Part shown: positions 37,366 to 48,627 of the stretch, piece by piece
Numbering within the stretch: position 1 is the stretch's first letter
Layout: every line of letters starts with the position of its first letter
DNA from: Atractiella rhizophila
Taxonomy: Eukaryota
Assembly: GCA_021432655.1 (NCBI GenBank)
Contig: MU271336.1
Coordinates: 1-64,000, forward strand
Length of the DNA stretch: 64,000 nucleotides
Reading direction: 5' to 3'
Made by a program: the position numbers and the translations under genes
Notes under the pieces: generated by a model
Databases searched by the model: none
What the model saw: the letters and a program-made list of their open reading frames with translations, nothing else
What the model was told of the DNA's origin: nothing

Positions 37366-38953
37366 TATGCTTCCGTTTAAACGATCCAAGTTCCAGAGGA
37401 GCGGTCGTAACATTTGATAACCTTGCGCTTTCTTTGCGCACACGTCGACAGAGGGTACAGATGGGCAACCAGCAGCTGTCCGAAGACTACTTTTGGTTAA
37501 AAGGTGTATTCTCCATATTCTCCATCCATCATTCCCTTCACCTTACGGTTCCTTCTCCGCTCGATCTGAACAATTTCATGGGACAGGCTATGCAGTAACT
37601 TAATGCGACAAGCCCGTTTAATATATTATTTACAACTGGATTGCTCCAGTAAAGTTCCTCAACGCGACACCTCTTTTTTGTGTTTATTTATCCAGTCAAT
37701 TTTCAGTGAGTTGCTGTTGTATTCCAGTCCTCAACGACAATGGTTCCTGCAGCTTCTCTTTACTTGCTTTGCGTCACAATTTTCCTTTTGCTACAAGAAC
37801 GGTTCCCCTGAATTCACCGCTTACTTTACTTTAATGTACGTTGATGTCAAGATTGATCCTGCATGCTTGAGCAATTTGCTTCTGTCGCGGTTCGACTTTC
37901 GATGTCAACAGTTTGTTTACTACATTTCGCATAGGGTTATTATTCAAAGGACTCAGAGCCGTGAGGCTCTGAATATGGCCATGCGCTTCTCTTCACCATT
38001 CACCGTTCTCTTCTCCGGGATGTGCGCCATCTTCCTTCAATTCTTGCAATGCGTATGGGGCTGCATGGCTGGTCGAGGTTCGTTGTTTCAATTGGCGGAG
38101 TTGAACTGATGAGTTTTTCGATGTAGATTGGCAGTTTATTGGGAGCATACATAAACTCTACAAAGTGTGCGAGCGTATCTTCACACCACGTCCGCCGAAA
38201 AGAAGTTGGAAGAAGAGAATTGTCACCGATTTGGCCAAACTACTCTCACGACGCAATTGGTATCGACGTGGGCATCCTTCAAGCTGCTGCAGAGATCGGT
38301 AGTAGGACTCAAATGCTACAAGAGCTGAGCGAAGGAAGTCGCTGATGAGGGCCATCTTTCCGAACGCTTCTCCATGAAACTCCACTCTTTTCACATTTTA
38401 TTCCGCAGGCGCAGAAAGCAAGAGTAGACTTCTGCACTAGAGTCCCCGAGGGACCTATGGCGGCTTTCATCATGTTCGCCTCCCCAGAGCGATTTGGACT
38501 AGTCGTTGCGAAATTTTAAGTACACACTACTTCATTTCAACAGCTAATTTCCTTGCTTAACTTTGTCCAACAAGGGTTCAAGGTCCGTTCCCCACAACCC
38601 TTCCTCCAATCTCTTCATTCATTCATTGACTGAGGGTTAATTCTTTGTGTCTAACTCTACTCTGTCTGCATCCTCCTTTAGGCCCCAGTCCTTCGTATCA
38701 AACGAGATGAAGGCTCGCGACTTACTTTCATCCACCAACAACGAAGCCGTCCATTGGCATCACAATTCTCACGAATAGTTCGTCGCAGGCAGCCTCTCAA
38801 TCTCAATTTCTGTTCATCCCCCTCGAACGGTTGCGATGCCGCAAATTTCGTCGGGTGACGCCGTCAAGCAGGCAAGGCTGGGTCTCTTCACTCACTTCTT
38901 CTTCAGCTGAGTTACATCGTGGGCTATAGTCTGCTGTTTATTCTCAGGAAATA

Positions 38954-40579
38954 ATGGAGCAGCAAACGTCTATCTTATGCCATGACCATCAAGAATCAAT
39001 TTTGGCACAAGTGAATGTCATTACTTCGCATCGCTGCGAGGCTCTCTACCTCTCCATTCTTCCATCTTTCTTGTCTTGCCTGCCGCCGTCAATTCACACA
39101 CTCCGGATATCTTTTGTCTTATCCCAACAATTGACGGAATTGGATCCTGTGAAGATGTCCTCGAAACTGTCTTATTTATCACTTGAACGAATCGAAAATG
39201 AGGTGGAGAAGGATGGTGTGGCGAACATTTTCATCACCATCAACAAGAAGAAGGTCACAGTGAAATTTATTGGAGTCGAACGGCATGGTTCATATGTCGA
39301 AAGAGAGGCTAAATCATTTGTCAACTCAGATTCATATGCCGATCCGTATACATGCACATTTCCTCTCCTTCGCCACAATTCCATCTTCGCCCCCGTGGCT
39401 GAATACTCCACAGACGAAACGTGCTTCATCCCTATCACCGACGATAAATCGTCATCCATCCCATCAATCCCTGACGACCTGTTGTTCATCGTCCAACTCT
39501 CCGTCCCCCCACTTCCAAGTGTCATTCCATGCACAATCTCACGTCTGCCTGCGGAGCTTCTCTCTATCGTATTCAGTTCCGTCTACCAGACCGCCAGCAT
39601 ATCTAAAGTGTGCCGGGCATGGAGAGCCATCTCGGTTCCTTTCTGGCGAGAACCTGCTTCTGCTAAGCAGGCGTATGAACGCTTGAAAGTCTATCCTGGG
39701 GCCGGGCGTCTATGGGATGAATTGTGGTTTGATGAAAATATTAGCGTTGAGATGGTGAAAGAGGTCATCAGAGGGTCACCAAATGTCACGGCAGTAGACG
39801 TCGGCGCATTTTGGAATGAAGAGGAGGCAGAGACTATTTTGCGTGCAATTGAAGGTTTGAGACATGTGTATAACATAACTTTTCGAGAGGGTTCAAGAAA
39901 GTGGAGGAAAGAGGAGGTCGAGAACTTTTCATGGAGGATGGGTTACAGGATCAGATGGCTCAGAGCTTACGGAGTGGTGGCGTCAGTATCGCCAGGTCTC
40001 CTATTAACTCCTGCCCTCGAATACTTAGAACTTGAAAAGTATCCCCCTCTCCAACGGCTCTTCCTCCCGCAAAACCTCGACACCTTGATTCTGTCTAATC
40101 TATGTCCCCTCCCTTCCACCATCTCAGACCGCCCTCTTCCACTTCTTCTGGACCATCTCAGAATCGAGCTAGCGCCCTTCTTCCCCAGTGGAAACACCTC
40201 CATCCTACCCACTCCGCTCGACTTATCGTATCTCACACGGCTCACCTGGCTTCATCTGGACGGAGGCGAAGAGACTTCAAACCTCGTTTCCCGACGGCTC
40301 TTCAGTACGCTAAAAAATGCAAAGGCGATATACAAGATCAAAGTTGCGTACTGTGGGCTGGACTCATCCGATTTCCCAGACTTCATCCGCTGGTTCTTTG
40401 CGGATCAGCGTATAAGTAGTGCCATGAAGAAGTTTGGTGGAATGGAGATGGGGTACAACCTTGATGTAGTGTTATTCTTTGGAGAGTGGCATGAGGAAGA
40501 GATCAGGAATGCCAGGATGGCGATGCAAGAGTGTGTGCTGACGGAGGAGATCAAAGCGAAACTGGAGGAATCTGAGTGA
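38954..40579 (+). CDS. Long uninterrupted ORF, F-box-like plus LRR (RNI-like) protein
   Basis: 541-aa ORF; ISRLPAELLSIVF..ISKVCRAWRAIS; LRR words LEYLELE, LDTLILSNL, LDHLRIEL, LTWLHLDG. Confidence 0.8.
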   Translation: MEQQTSILCHDHQESILAQVNVITSHRCEALYLSILPSFLSCLPPSIHTLRISFVLSQQLTELDPVKMSSKLSYLSLERIENEVEKDGVANIFITINKKKVTVKFIGVERHGSYVEREAKSFVNSDSYADPYTCTFPLLRHNSIFAPVAEYSTDETCFIPITDDKSSSIPSIPDDLLFIVQLSVPPLPSVIPCTISRLPAELLSIVFSSVYQTASISKVCRAWRAISVPFWREPASAKQAYERLKVYPGAGRLWDELWFDENISVEMVKEVIRGSPNVTAVDVGAFWNEEEAETILRAIEGLRHVYNITFREGSRKWRKEEVENFSWRMGYRIRWLRAYGVVASVSPGLLLTPALEYLELEKYPPLQRLFLPQNLDTLILSNLCPLPSTISDRPLPLLLDHLRIELAPFFPSGNTSILPTPLDLSYLTRLTWLHLDGGEETSNLVSRRLFSTLKNAKAIYKIKVAYCGLDSSDFPDFIRWFFADQRISSAMKKFGGMEMGYNLDVVLFFGEWHEEEIRNARMAMQECVLTEEIKAKLEESE

Positions 40580-40837
40580 CGTATGGATGATGAACTCTCG
40601 AGGGGCTCGCTGACTTGGCGTCAACGGGTGGTATCCCCTCACCAGACAGCTTAGAATTATGAACCAAGACGATATCGATACCACCGGCTTATCAACTTGC
40701 GCCAAACTTCAAGCTTCAAGCAGTGCTACAACTAGCCCATCAAGCAAGTAATTCAGAAGAGCCTTCCCATTGATTGTACGTACGACCAAGCTGTCCCTTA
40801 TTCGTTATTGTTATGATGCTTCAAGTTCATTGTTTCC

Positions 40838-40943
40838 TGTGAAAACAAAATACTTGCAAGCACACTTTATTGTGTTGTCAGCGGCGCGCCAGACTTCTAC
40901 TTTAATGCCGGGAGCCTTTAAGGCTCAGATGCCAACCAAACAG
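40838..40943 (+). pseudogene. Degenerate fragment of the bicupin gene
   Basis: gaaaacaaaatacttgcaagcacacttt..gcggcgcgccagacttctactttaatgccgggagcc..cagatgccaaccaaac aligns with 25232-25329 (gaaagaaaaatacttgcaggcacatttt..gtggcgcgctggacttctacttcaatgccgagagcc..cagatgtcaaccaaac), with indels and a stop. Confidence 0.8.
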
Positions 40944-42387
40944 CTTGACTCTATGTTGCTCCACTGGCAATATATACACTAAACGCAAAGTGCTGGGGTG
41001 CATCCCTGCGACTCGCTAAGGCGTGTGCGACCGTCCGAAGCAAACTGAAAGCGTCTGTCTGCTTTAGACCGCGTCACGAGGCAGGGTTAGACAACAAGGA
41101 AAAGCCCACTGAAGGGACAGGTGAGAAGGCTAGCCCTTCTTCCTGATTAGGAATCGGCGTTTAAGCGTAGCAAAGAAGGAAGTCAAAATGGGTAATGTGC
41201 CAGAAAGAAGCCGCGGTTGGCGGCGAAAACAATGTTGAGACTAAAGACGCGCTCTCACTATGATGGGAACGCTAACTGGGGTTGCAAGGCGAAGGGAAGT
41301 GGCGGTTGGACGCCATCTTCACAGCTCCTTCAAAGACCGGGTTGTCAGATTGATCCGCTTCATCCCCTGTTTTGAGTTCGTCCGTCAGGCTAGACAAGCA
41401 TTGGCTGTACTACAGTCATCCAAGAATGAGCTCAAAGAACTGTACGCTCCAACGCTGAGTTCGGCTCATTTCTCATGTTAATAAGACAAGATGCTTCGTT
41501 GAAGCAAATGTGCCAGCTCCTAAATGAACGCTGGTGATATTTGCTACTTTCAGCTGCTCTAGAACTGCCTGGGACCAGCCATCCTTGAATGCGGCTGTGC
41601 ACCTCCACTTTGGCAAACGAGGCTCTAGGACTCCTTTTATGTGTGCGCTGTCTTTCCTGCTCAGAAACAAAACAAAACCTGGAACCTGGAACTTCCAAAT
41701 TGCCAATAATGTGAGGAGCTGCATAGAGCCCCGATTGACGGGTTAGCCGTGCTTGTCTTGTCAAGCAGGTTGTGACTTTCGAATAACACAGAGCCAATCG
41801 TCACTATGAGAAAAGGGAAGGATTTCATAGCCTGGACTCCACACTCTGTCCGTTCTCAATCGCGCAGACTCCCGAACGATTGTAAATCGTCAGCGAATCC
41901 GCATGAGAGTCAGTTCTATGCTCTCCACTCAAATTTGCCATTAAGCCTTCAACTCATTCAATGAAACTTCGACAGCAAAGAAGCAGAAATAAAGTGACAA
42001 AAAAAGAAGACAGAGGTTTTCACAGCCTTTACTTCTTTACCTCATGCAATCTCAACAACTGGAGGAAGTTTCGCACACTTACGTTCATGATCTGTATGAT
42101 TGCAAAGAACGCGAAATGCGGGCTCGGGACCACGACGATGAGACAAGCGCACCAAGATCCGTTACAGTCTTGCCTCCTTTCCCATCCACTTCCTCCTTGC
42201 CTAAAAGCACCATATGCTCAGAAAAGCCACCTCTGCCTAACTATCCACGGTCATGAGGCAGTCTCTCGTCGTTCTACCTATTTCCGCAATCACCTCCACA
42301 CCTTGCAGACGCGACACGATGCGGGGACAACGAGGTGTTTACGCCTCCGGTACCCGATAATTCATGCTCTTCACAGGACGTTGCCCT

Positions 42388-43992
42388 TCAAGAACCACCA
42401 GTTTGGTGTTTCCAAGGATCTTTCTTCTCTCGACGAGTGCTCTACACGCCAAATAGCAAACTCAGCATGAAGTACAAGGGGCGAGAGTTGTTCATACCGG
42501 AGTCCTTGTTCCTAACTCGACTTCGGATCCATCGTCTTCTCCCCTCAATGTCTGCTCTCCACGTTTTGTACGAAACATGGAACCAGTCCATGGGTTGACA
42601 GTAGCATCGATTGTGTGTTTGGAACGGGAGTGTTGCGAGAGGTCGGGGAGGGAGGAGCGGATGCGTAAGTTGAAGAGAAACGTTAGAGCGTCTAAAAGGG
42701 AACGTATGAATTATGAGGGATAAATAGATAATACGGAGGAGGGGTAGGAAATGCATACATCCGTGAGCTGTAGCAGTTGTGATGAGATTAACGCGTCGCA
42801 GAAGGAGGCATCACAAACCTATTGGATATGCAAACCCTACTGATAGGTTACTTTGCTTGTTTGAAAGGAAAGCGATAAGGATTGCGAGAGCCCAAACGCT
42901 CGTAATGGCACCTTCAGGGAACCCCCTTGATCAGCTGTCAATACACCGACAAGACAAGCAACGGACCCGTCTCAGCGGCGAGTACGATAAGCCTCGAAAG
43001 CAAACTCTTTGCTGGAGTGAATGTTGTTTCCTTATGAAATCTAAACAGCTGGTCAGATTCTTCAGATAGGTAGGTCATTGAGCAAGACACACCGCACAAG
43101 TCGAATGATTAGTGCAAGAGCAATGAGGACGTCTGAGACAGCTGCGAATGTGAGGGTAACACTACGAGGGCATCAGGGATGCCACTCTTTGGACAGTTTG
43201 AGGACAGACACAGCGTAAGTAGTCAGGCTATCCACCTGGAACAGTGAACGGAAGATCTGGAAGGCAACTGCCAGTGATATACAAGCGCCGCACTATCTCA
43301 ACTTCGTCAACTCCAGACTTGCGAGAAATTTGAAACGCACCGCTGTCAGGGCCACCATTGAGATTAAAGCCGTAACGAATATGTTGTGACTTAGCCGCCA
43401 GTAACGTAGAATGAGATAGATCTGGAGGATTACAGCTACGACAGCTGCGTCGATGGTGTAGAAGGAAAGCTGCCATTGACGCAGGAGGATGTATTCGTAG
43501 TCCCCTTTTTCAGCCATTGTAATAATCAGCCGTGGTTGCATCCCCTGCATGAAAGCAACGTACCCCAATGTGTCACTGTGAGCTCGTAGATTCCACTGAT
43601 GCCTATCCTCTTTCCAGTCAGCTTTCCATCCCGTGTTTCACCTGACCCAGAGACGGACCTATTGTCGTCCCTAAAGCGTTAACAAACAGCATCTGCCGTG
43701 ATAGGTCGGTTATGACCGAAAAGGAGGAAGCGATAGAACACACCAAAGCGACAGCTGACTTGACCATCCATGGATCGTCTTTATGATCCAGAAAATACTG
43801 GAAACCAAGGATGAGTTCGAATGGCCATAAGCTGATGTGGACATTTAGTGTGGTTAGCTTTGCTGATGTAAACCAAGAAGAGACGACTTACAACGCTGAG
43901 ATGAATGCACCCACTTCTAAAGGAGCGATAGTGATATTTGCAAGTCGTTTCAGCTCCTCCTGTATTTGACTTGATTCCGGAGGGAGGGCCAT
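42388..43992 (-). CDS. Multi-TM membrane protein of the basidiomycete DUF6534-like type (3' end approximate)
   Basis: MALPPES..TIAPLEVGAFIS; YFLDHKDDPWMVKSAV; QIYLILRYWRLSHN; AAVSDVLIA; SVWALAILIAFLSNKQSNLSVGFAYPI; LTFLFNLRIR. Confidence 0.7.
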
Positions 43993-45292
43993 AAATACGT
44001 GCTATCGGAGTGGTGAGAGGGAGGTGGGAGAGGAAACGGGAAGAGAAGAAAGGGAACCAGTTGAGTTCGGCTTCCTTTTTGAGTGGAACAGAGTTTTGCG
44101 ATTACTCCGTGTTCCCTCCGCTTTCACCTCAAAAGGAGAAGAAAGGAAGGTTGACGAGGACCTGCAACGCGATGAAGTTGTTTATGTATATTCTCCGCAA
44201 ATAAGCGGCACACGTACGCCAACGTGCTGCCTGTATCGCATCAACCTTGGACATGATACGATTTGCTTGGTGTAATCCATTCGAACGGATCAGATCACGA
44301 AAGGACAGAGAGATGACAATAAAGTAGGCAGGGACGAGGTATGTACAACGATTGCCGCGGAGCACGTATTGAAACAGGACCGGTTTCCTCGGATAATTGC
44401 GCCTAACATCCCAGCTCCCAGCTAGTTGGTAGCACCAAAGAATGATGTATGGCACTTCAAAAGCAGAATCTCAACAACATCGGCTCTGTATCTCTGCCAG
44501 AAAGCCGAAGGAACTTAGAACGAGTTGAGCTCACCGAGTTTGACCAAGCTACAACTCGCCTCTTTCGTCTTTGCCGAGCTAGCAAGGTCAGGCAAGAAAC
44601 CAGGTGCTGAGGTGGCCCCCGGCCCTATATTGGCGTTTGTACTCGAAAACACGCCTTCCCCAACCCGAGCAAGCGATGGACCGCAGGCAGCTGGTGCGTG
44701 AGCAGCTGCATAAAGCCATTAGACACTGGAAGTCACAAAAAAAGCAGCCATGAGAAAAGAAGCATCCAGCGCAGGCTCATGGCATGCTGTGCGTTTGATA
44801 CTGAGACTTACAAGAACAGACTGTACCACGGTTGTGAAGTGCCACTTAATTCAGGATAGGATATTGGATCTTCAGGCTTCTCCCAGAGTATGAAACTGAG
44901 TAAGGATCTCTTTAATGAATAACAGGATATTAGAATGGTCAGTCTTCTAGTCGTTGAAGAAATATTTGAAAAGAACGATCGCTGTTCACGCACAAGTTCT
45001 CATCATTATGAGGAAGGTTTTCATACCCCTGTAACATACGGAATATCCAACAACTCCTTGACTATAACTCAGAAATCCGGGGGAAGCAAGTGCCAAGGAG
45101 AAGGACAAACAATCGATAAAGTCATGTGACACAACGCGGAATCAAAATTTCCTGGCTAAGCGGTCGGAAACCTTAACGGCAAAACGATCTCGCTTGCTGC
45201 AAGCTGCTTCCCCAGTGAATATTTGAGGCATCCCGCCACTTCACAATCTTACATTCCATCCCAAGCAGCCTCCATCTACTCGCCTCCCAAAA

Positions 45293-48061
45293 ATGTTGCG
45301 CAACTTCCCTCAAAAAGCACTCTCGCGTCGATACGCATCGACCAACAGTCTAAGTGGCCGGAAAGTGGCTCTGGAAAGCGCATGGGTGTCGAGAGCTAAT
45401 GGGATCACGAAGAATTATGTGGATGGACAGTGGGTGGAGCACAGGGGAGAGTGGATTGAAGTTAGGGATCCGGTGCGTCAATGTCTTCTCTTCTACTGTG
45501 ACCGTGGAGACTTTGTGGAGAGCGAGGTCGTTGAGCTTTGGCTTGTGGTGCTCCCCCGAGACAGTTGCTAGCTCCTTCATTGTTTGTTACTCGCAATGAT
45601 TTGCGTGAAAAATGCACTTGCACTGGCAATGGTTTTGGTCGGATTGGGATGCCGTTCTGTGATCTAGCGACAGCTTTTTTGGATTGGTCATCATCAAAAG
45701 ACTTCCCGTCCATAGGTCTTGTTTCTCTATCATTACCCCAGGATTCACTTGAGCTCGTTTTTGGTTGAATTCTAATGCCATGTCACTCACTTACAGCATT
45801 TACTCATTTCGTTTGGAATAGCAAGAAAGATAGATGTTGTGAGGCACGAAATATATTTTGCAGGGTCCTAGAATAATGATTTTCAACTCATGATTGATAT
45901 AATGTCGTAGCACTGCATTTATTAAAAGAATACAGGATAATATGACCTGCGTGCAACATCGATTGTAAATTCCTTGTTGGGCGAGTGAGGATACTGCGTC
46001 CTCTACTTTCCTGATTACTGAATGCGCCTTTCGTACTATCATTTATTTTGGAATCAAGTATAGTCGTGTGTTAGGTTCTTGCACATATTACTGGGCTAAA
46101 GCACGCATCTTTCTTTGACCATATTGATTGCCACAATGGCACCACGCATTGCTGAGTACGCTTGAAGAACAAAATCTGACCTCAAGCCATCCTGTTCCAG
46201 AGCACACAAGAGATCGTCACTCGAGCCCCTCATACCACTCGTTCCGAGCTGGACGCAACAGTAGCTGCAGCCCGTCGAGCATTCCCAACGTGGCGCGAAA
46301 CCTCGATCCTGCATCGACAATCAGTCATGATTTCCTTCCAACGACTGATAAAAGAGCACTGGGATGACCTTGCTTCTTGTATCGTGCTCGAGCAAGGAAA
46401 GACGTTTGCGGACGCAAAGGGAGACGTACTTCGAGGGTTGCAGGTGGTGGAGAGTTCCATTGCTGCGCCGTCGTCTTTGATGGGAGATAAGTTGGAAGTT
46501 AGTAAGGATATGGATACCTATATTCGGAAGGAACCCTTAGGCGTTGGAGCCGCCATTTGCCCGTGAGTGCCCCGGCTGGTCTAACAACGGTGGTGATTTG
46601 ACATTGCTGGACAGATTTAACTTTCCAGCCATGATCCCTCTGTGGTCGATTCCGATGGCTCTTATCACTGGTAATACACTCATCATTAAACCTTCTGAGC
46701 GCGATCCTGGGGCGGTGGGCATGCTCCTTGAATTGGCAGAGAAAGCTGGAGTTCCTAAAGGTGTCCTATCTTCGGTCAACGTTCGTCCTTAGCTCTCTTT
46801 GTCCACTGACGATCTCTGAAGAGAACTCCAGGGAGGTGTGGACGTGGTCAACTATATCTGTGACTCACCCGAGATCAACGCGATTACTTTCGTTGGCGGT
46901 AATGCCGCAGGAAAACATATCTATGACCGTGGAGGAGCAACAGGGAAGAGAGTTCAAGCCAATCTGGGAGCGAAGAGTGCGTTCAATACCTAACTTTCCT
47001 GACTGTTCGTGACGAACAGTCTGACAGACCACGCCATCCTCATGCCCGACGCGAACCCGAACTTTGCACTGAACTCAATCGCTGGAGCCGCCTTCGGTGC
47101 TGCTGGACAACGATGCATGGCTCTATCTGTCCTGCTAACCGTTGGGAGTTCGAGCGAATATTTGCCAGAGCTACAGAAAAGAGCTGAGGCTTTGAAAGTT
47201 GGAAACGGATTCGATGAAGGTGTTGATCTGTGCGTGATTTTTCCTGTGCAAGTTTCTTGCAAGCTAATATGTGTGACATTGATAGTGGTCCCGTTATTTC
47301 TCCCCAAGCCAAGCAGAAGATAGAAAACTTAATTGCGTCCTGTGAGAAGGAAGGTGGGAAGATCCTCCTGGATGGACGCGGTGTTAAAGTTGAGGGATAC
47401 CCGGATGGTAACTGGGTTGGACCAACGATTCTGGAGTGCAAACCAGGAATGAAATGCTACGAGTGCGCCTTCGCTTGCGAATTAATCTACCTAGTTTACG
47501 AAACTAACGATTCCATGCAGGGAAGAGATTTTTGGCCCGGTCCTTTGCGTTGTAAAGTGCGAAACAATGGATGAAGCCATTGAGATCATCAACAAAAACA
47601 AGTGTACGTTTTCCCTTCCACTCCTTCTTCAATCCGACTGAAGCTCCGCTTTGCACTGGAAACAGATGGGAACGGGGCCGCCATCTTCACACAAAGCGGC
47701 GCTACTGCTCGTCGGTTTGAGAAAAATTGTCATAGCGGACAGCTTGGTGCGCCGGTTTCCTGTTCTGATCCCACGACCAATTTCTCACGCAAATGTGTTT
47801 GATGCGCGTAGGAGTGAACGTGCCCATTCCTGTGCCACTGCCAATGTTCAGCTGGAGTGGTAACAAAGCCTCAGTCCTGGGGCAGACATCGTTATATGGG
47901 AAATTGGGAGTTGAGTTCTGGACGCAGAATAAAGTTTGTCTCTTTCTCTCGTGTCATGACGGTGTACTCAATGGCGATGGATCCAGACGATCACCAGCTT
48001 GTGGAGGAGTGAGGATGCCTTGACTAGCAAGGCGGACGTCGCGATGCCTACTCACCGGTAG
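45293..48061 (+). CDS. ALDH6A1: Methylmalonate-semialdehyde dehydrogenase (ALDH6 family), mitochondrial presequence
   Basis: [106 protein letters not shown]; ends AMPTHR-TAG. Confidence 0.96.
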
Positions 48062-48627
48062 TTCTTGCAGCTGCAATTGTATGTACTACTAGCCAACTGG
48101 AACTGGGACATGGAAGTCTGTGATCCTCTTGCTTCAAAATGCATGGGATTGCGATGATTTCCCGACAGCTGAGTCCGAATCAATCAATTCCGAATCAGAA
48201 CCCAGCTTTGCCTGTTGACCATTTAATCATGATCCTGAGGACTTTGTTATTCTGGAGTAGACAAGAAACAGGCCTATTCTACCTCCTGATTCTCTGAAAG
48301 TATCATTCCTTATGACCCTCTCATTCTCCAGCTCTCCTGAACCAACTTGAACGGGATGTCCATAGATCAAGCGATGCTTTTCGGACACTCGGTCCCGTTC
48401 CGATGTTCAAGTTGAAAGGCCTTTCAAGCATCCAAGGCAGGTCTGCTTTTCGCCTTCTTTCAAGTTGTGAAGGGTACATAAATCAGTCAGTGGCTCGCAC
48501 GTTTGAGGGAACCATAGTGTCGTCCTCATCAGGGTATCCGCATCATCCTTCAGTCAGCTTGAGTCTTTCGTGGTAGACATTGTTGTTCTAATGATTGCTT
48601 CAGTAAATAAATCCTTGCACTTGTGGG

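Noticed and set aside
26310..37380. MULE or hAT assignment for the TIR element
   Set aside because: No 8-10-bp TSD in the flanks; only TAT is duplicated.
42779..42843. C/D snoRNA-like GTGATGA...CTGA with partial 18S complementarity
   Set aside because: Guide has mismatches and the segment is antisense to an exon-intron junction of the DUF6534-like gene.
44745..44790. gccatgag...ctcatggc hairpin
   Set aside because: An 8-bp stem is expected by chance in 64 kb; no other support.
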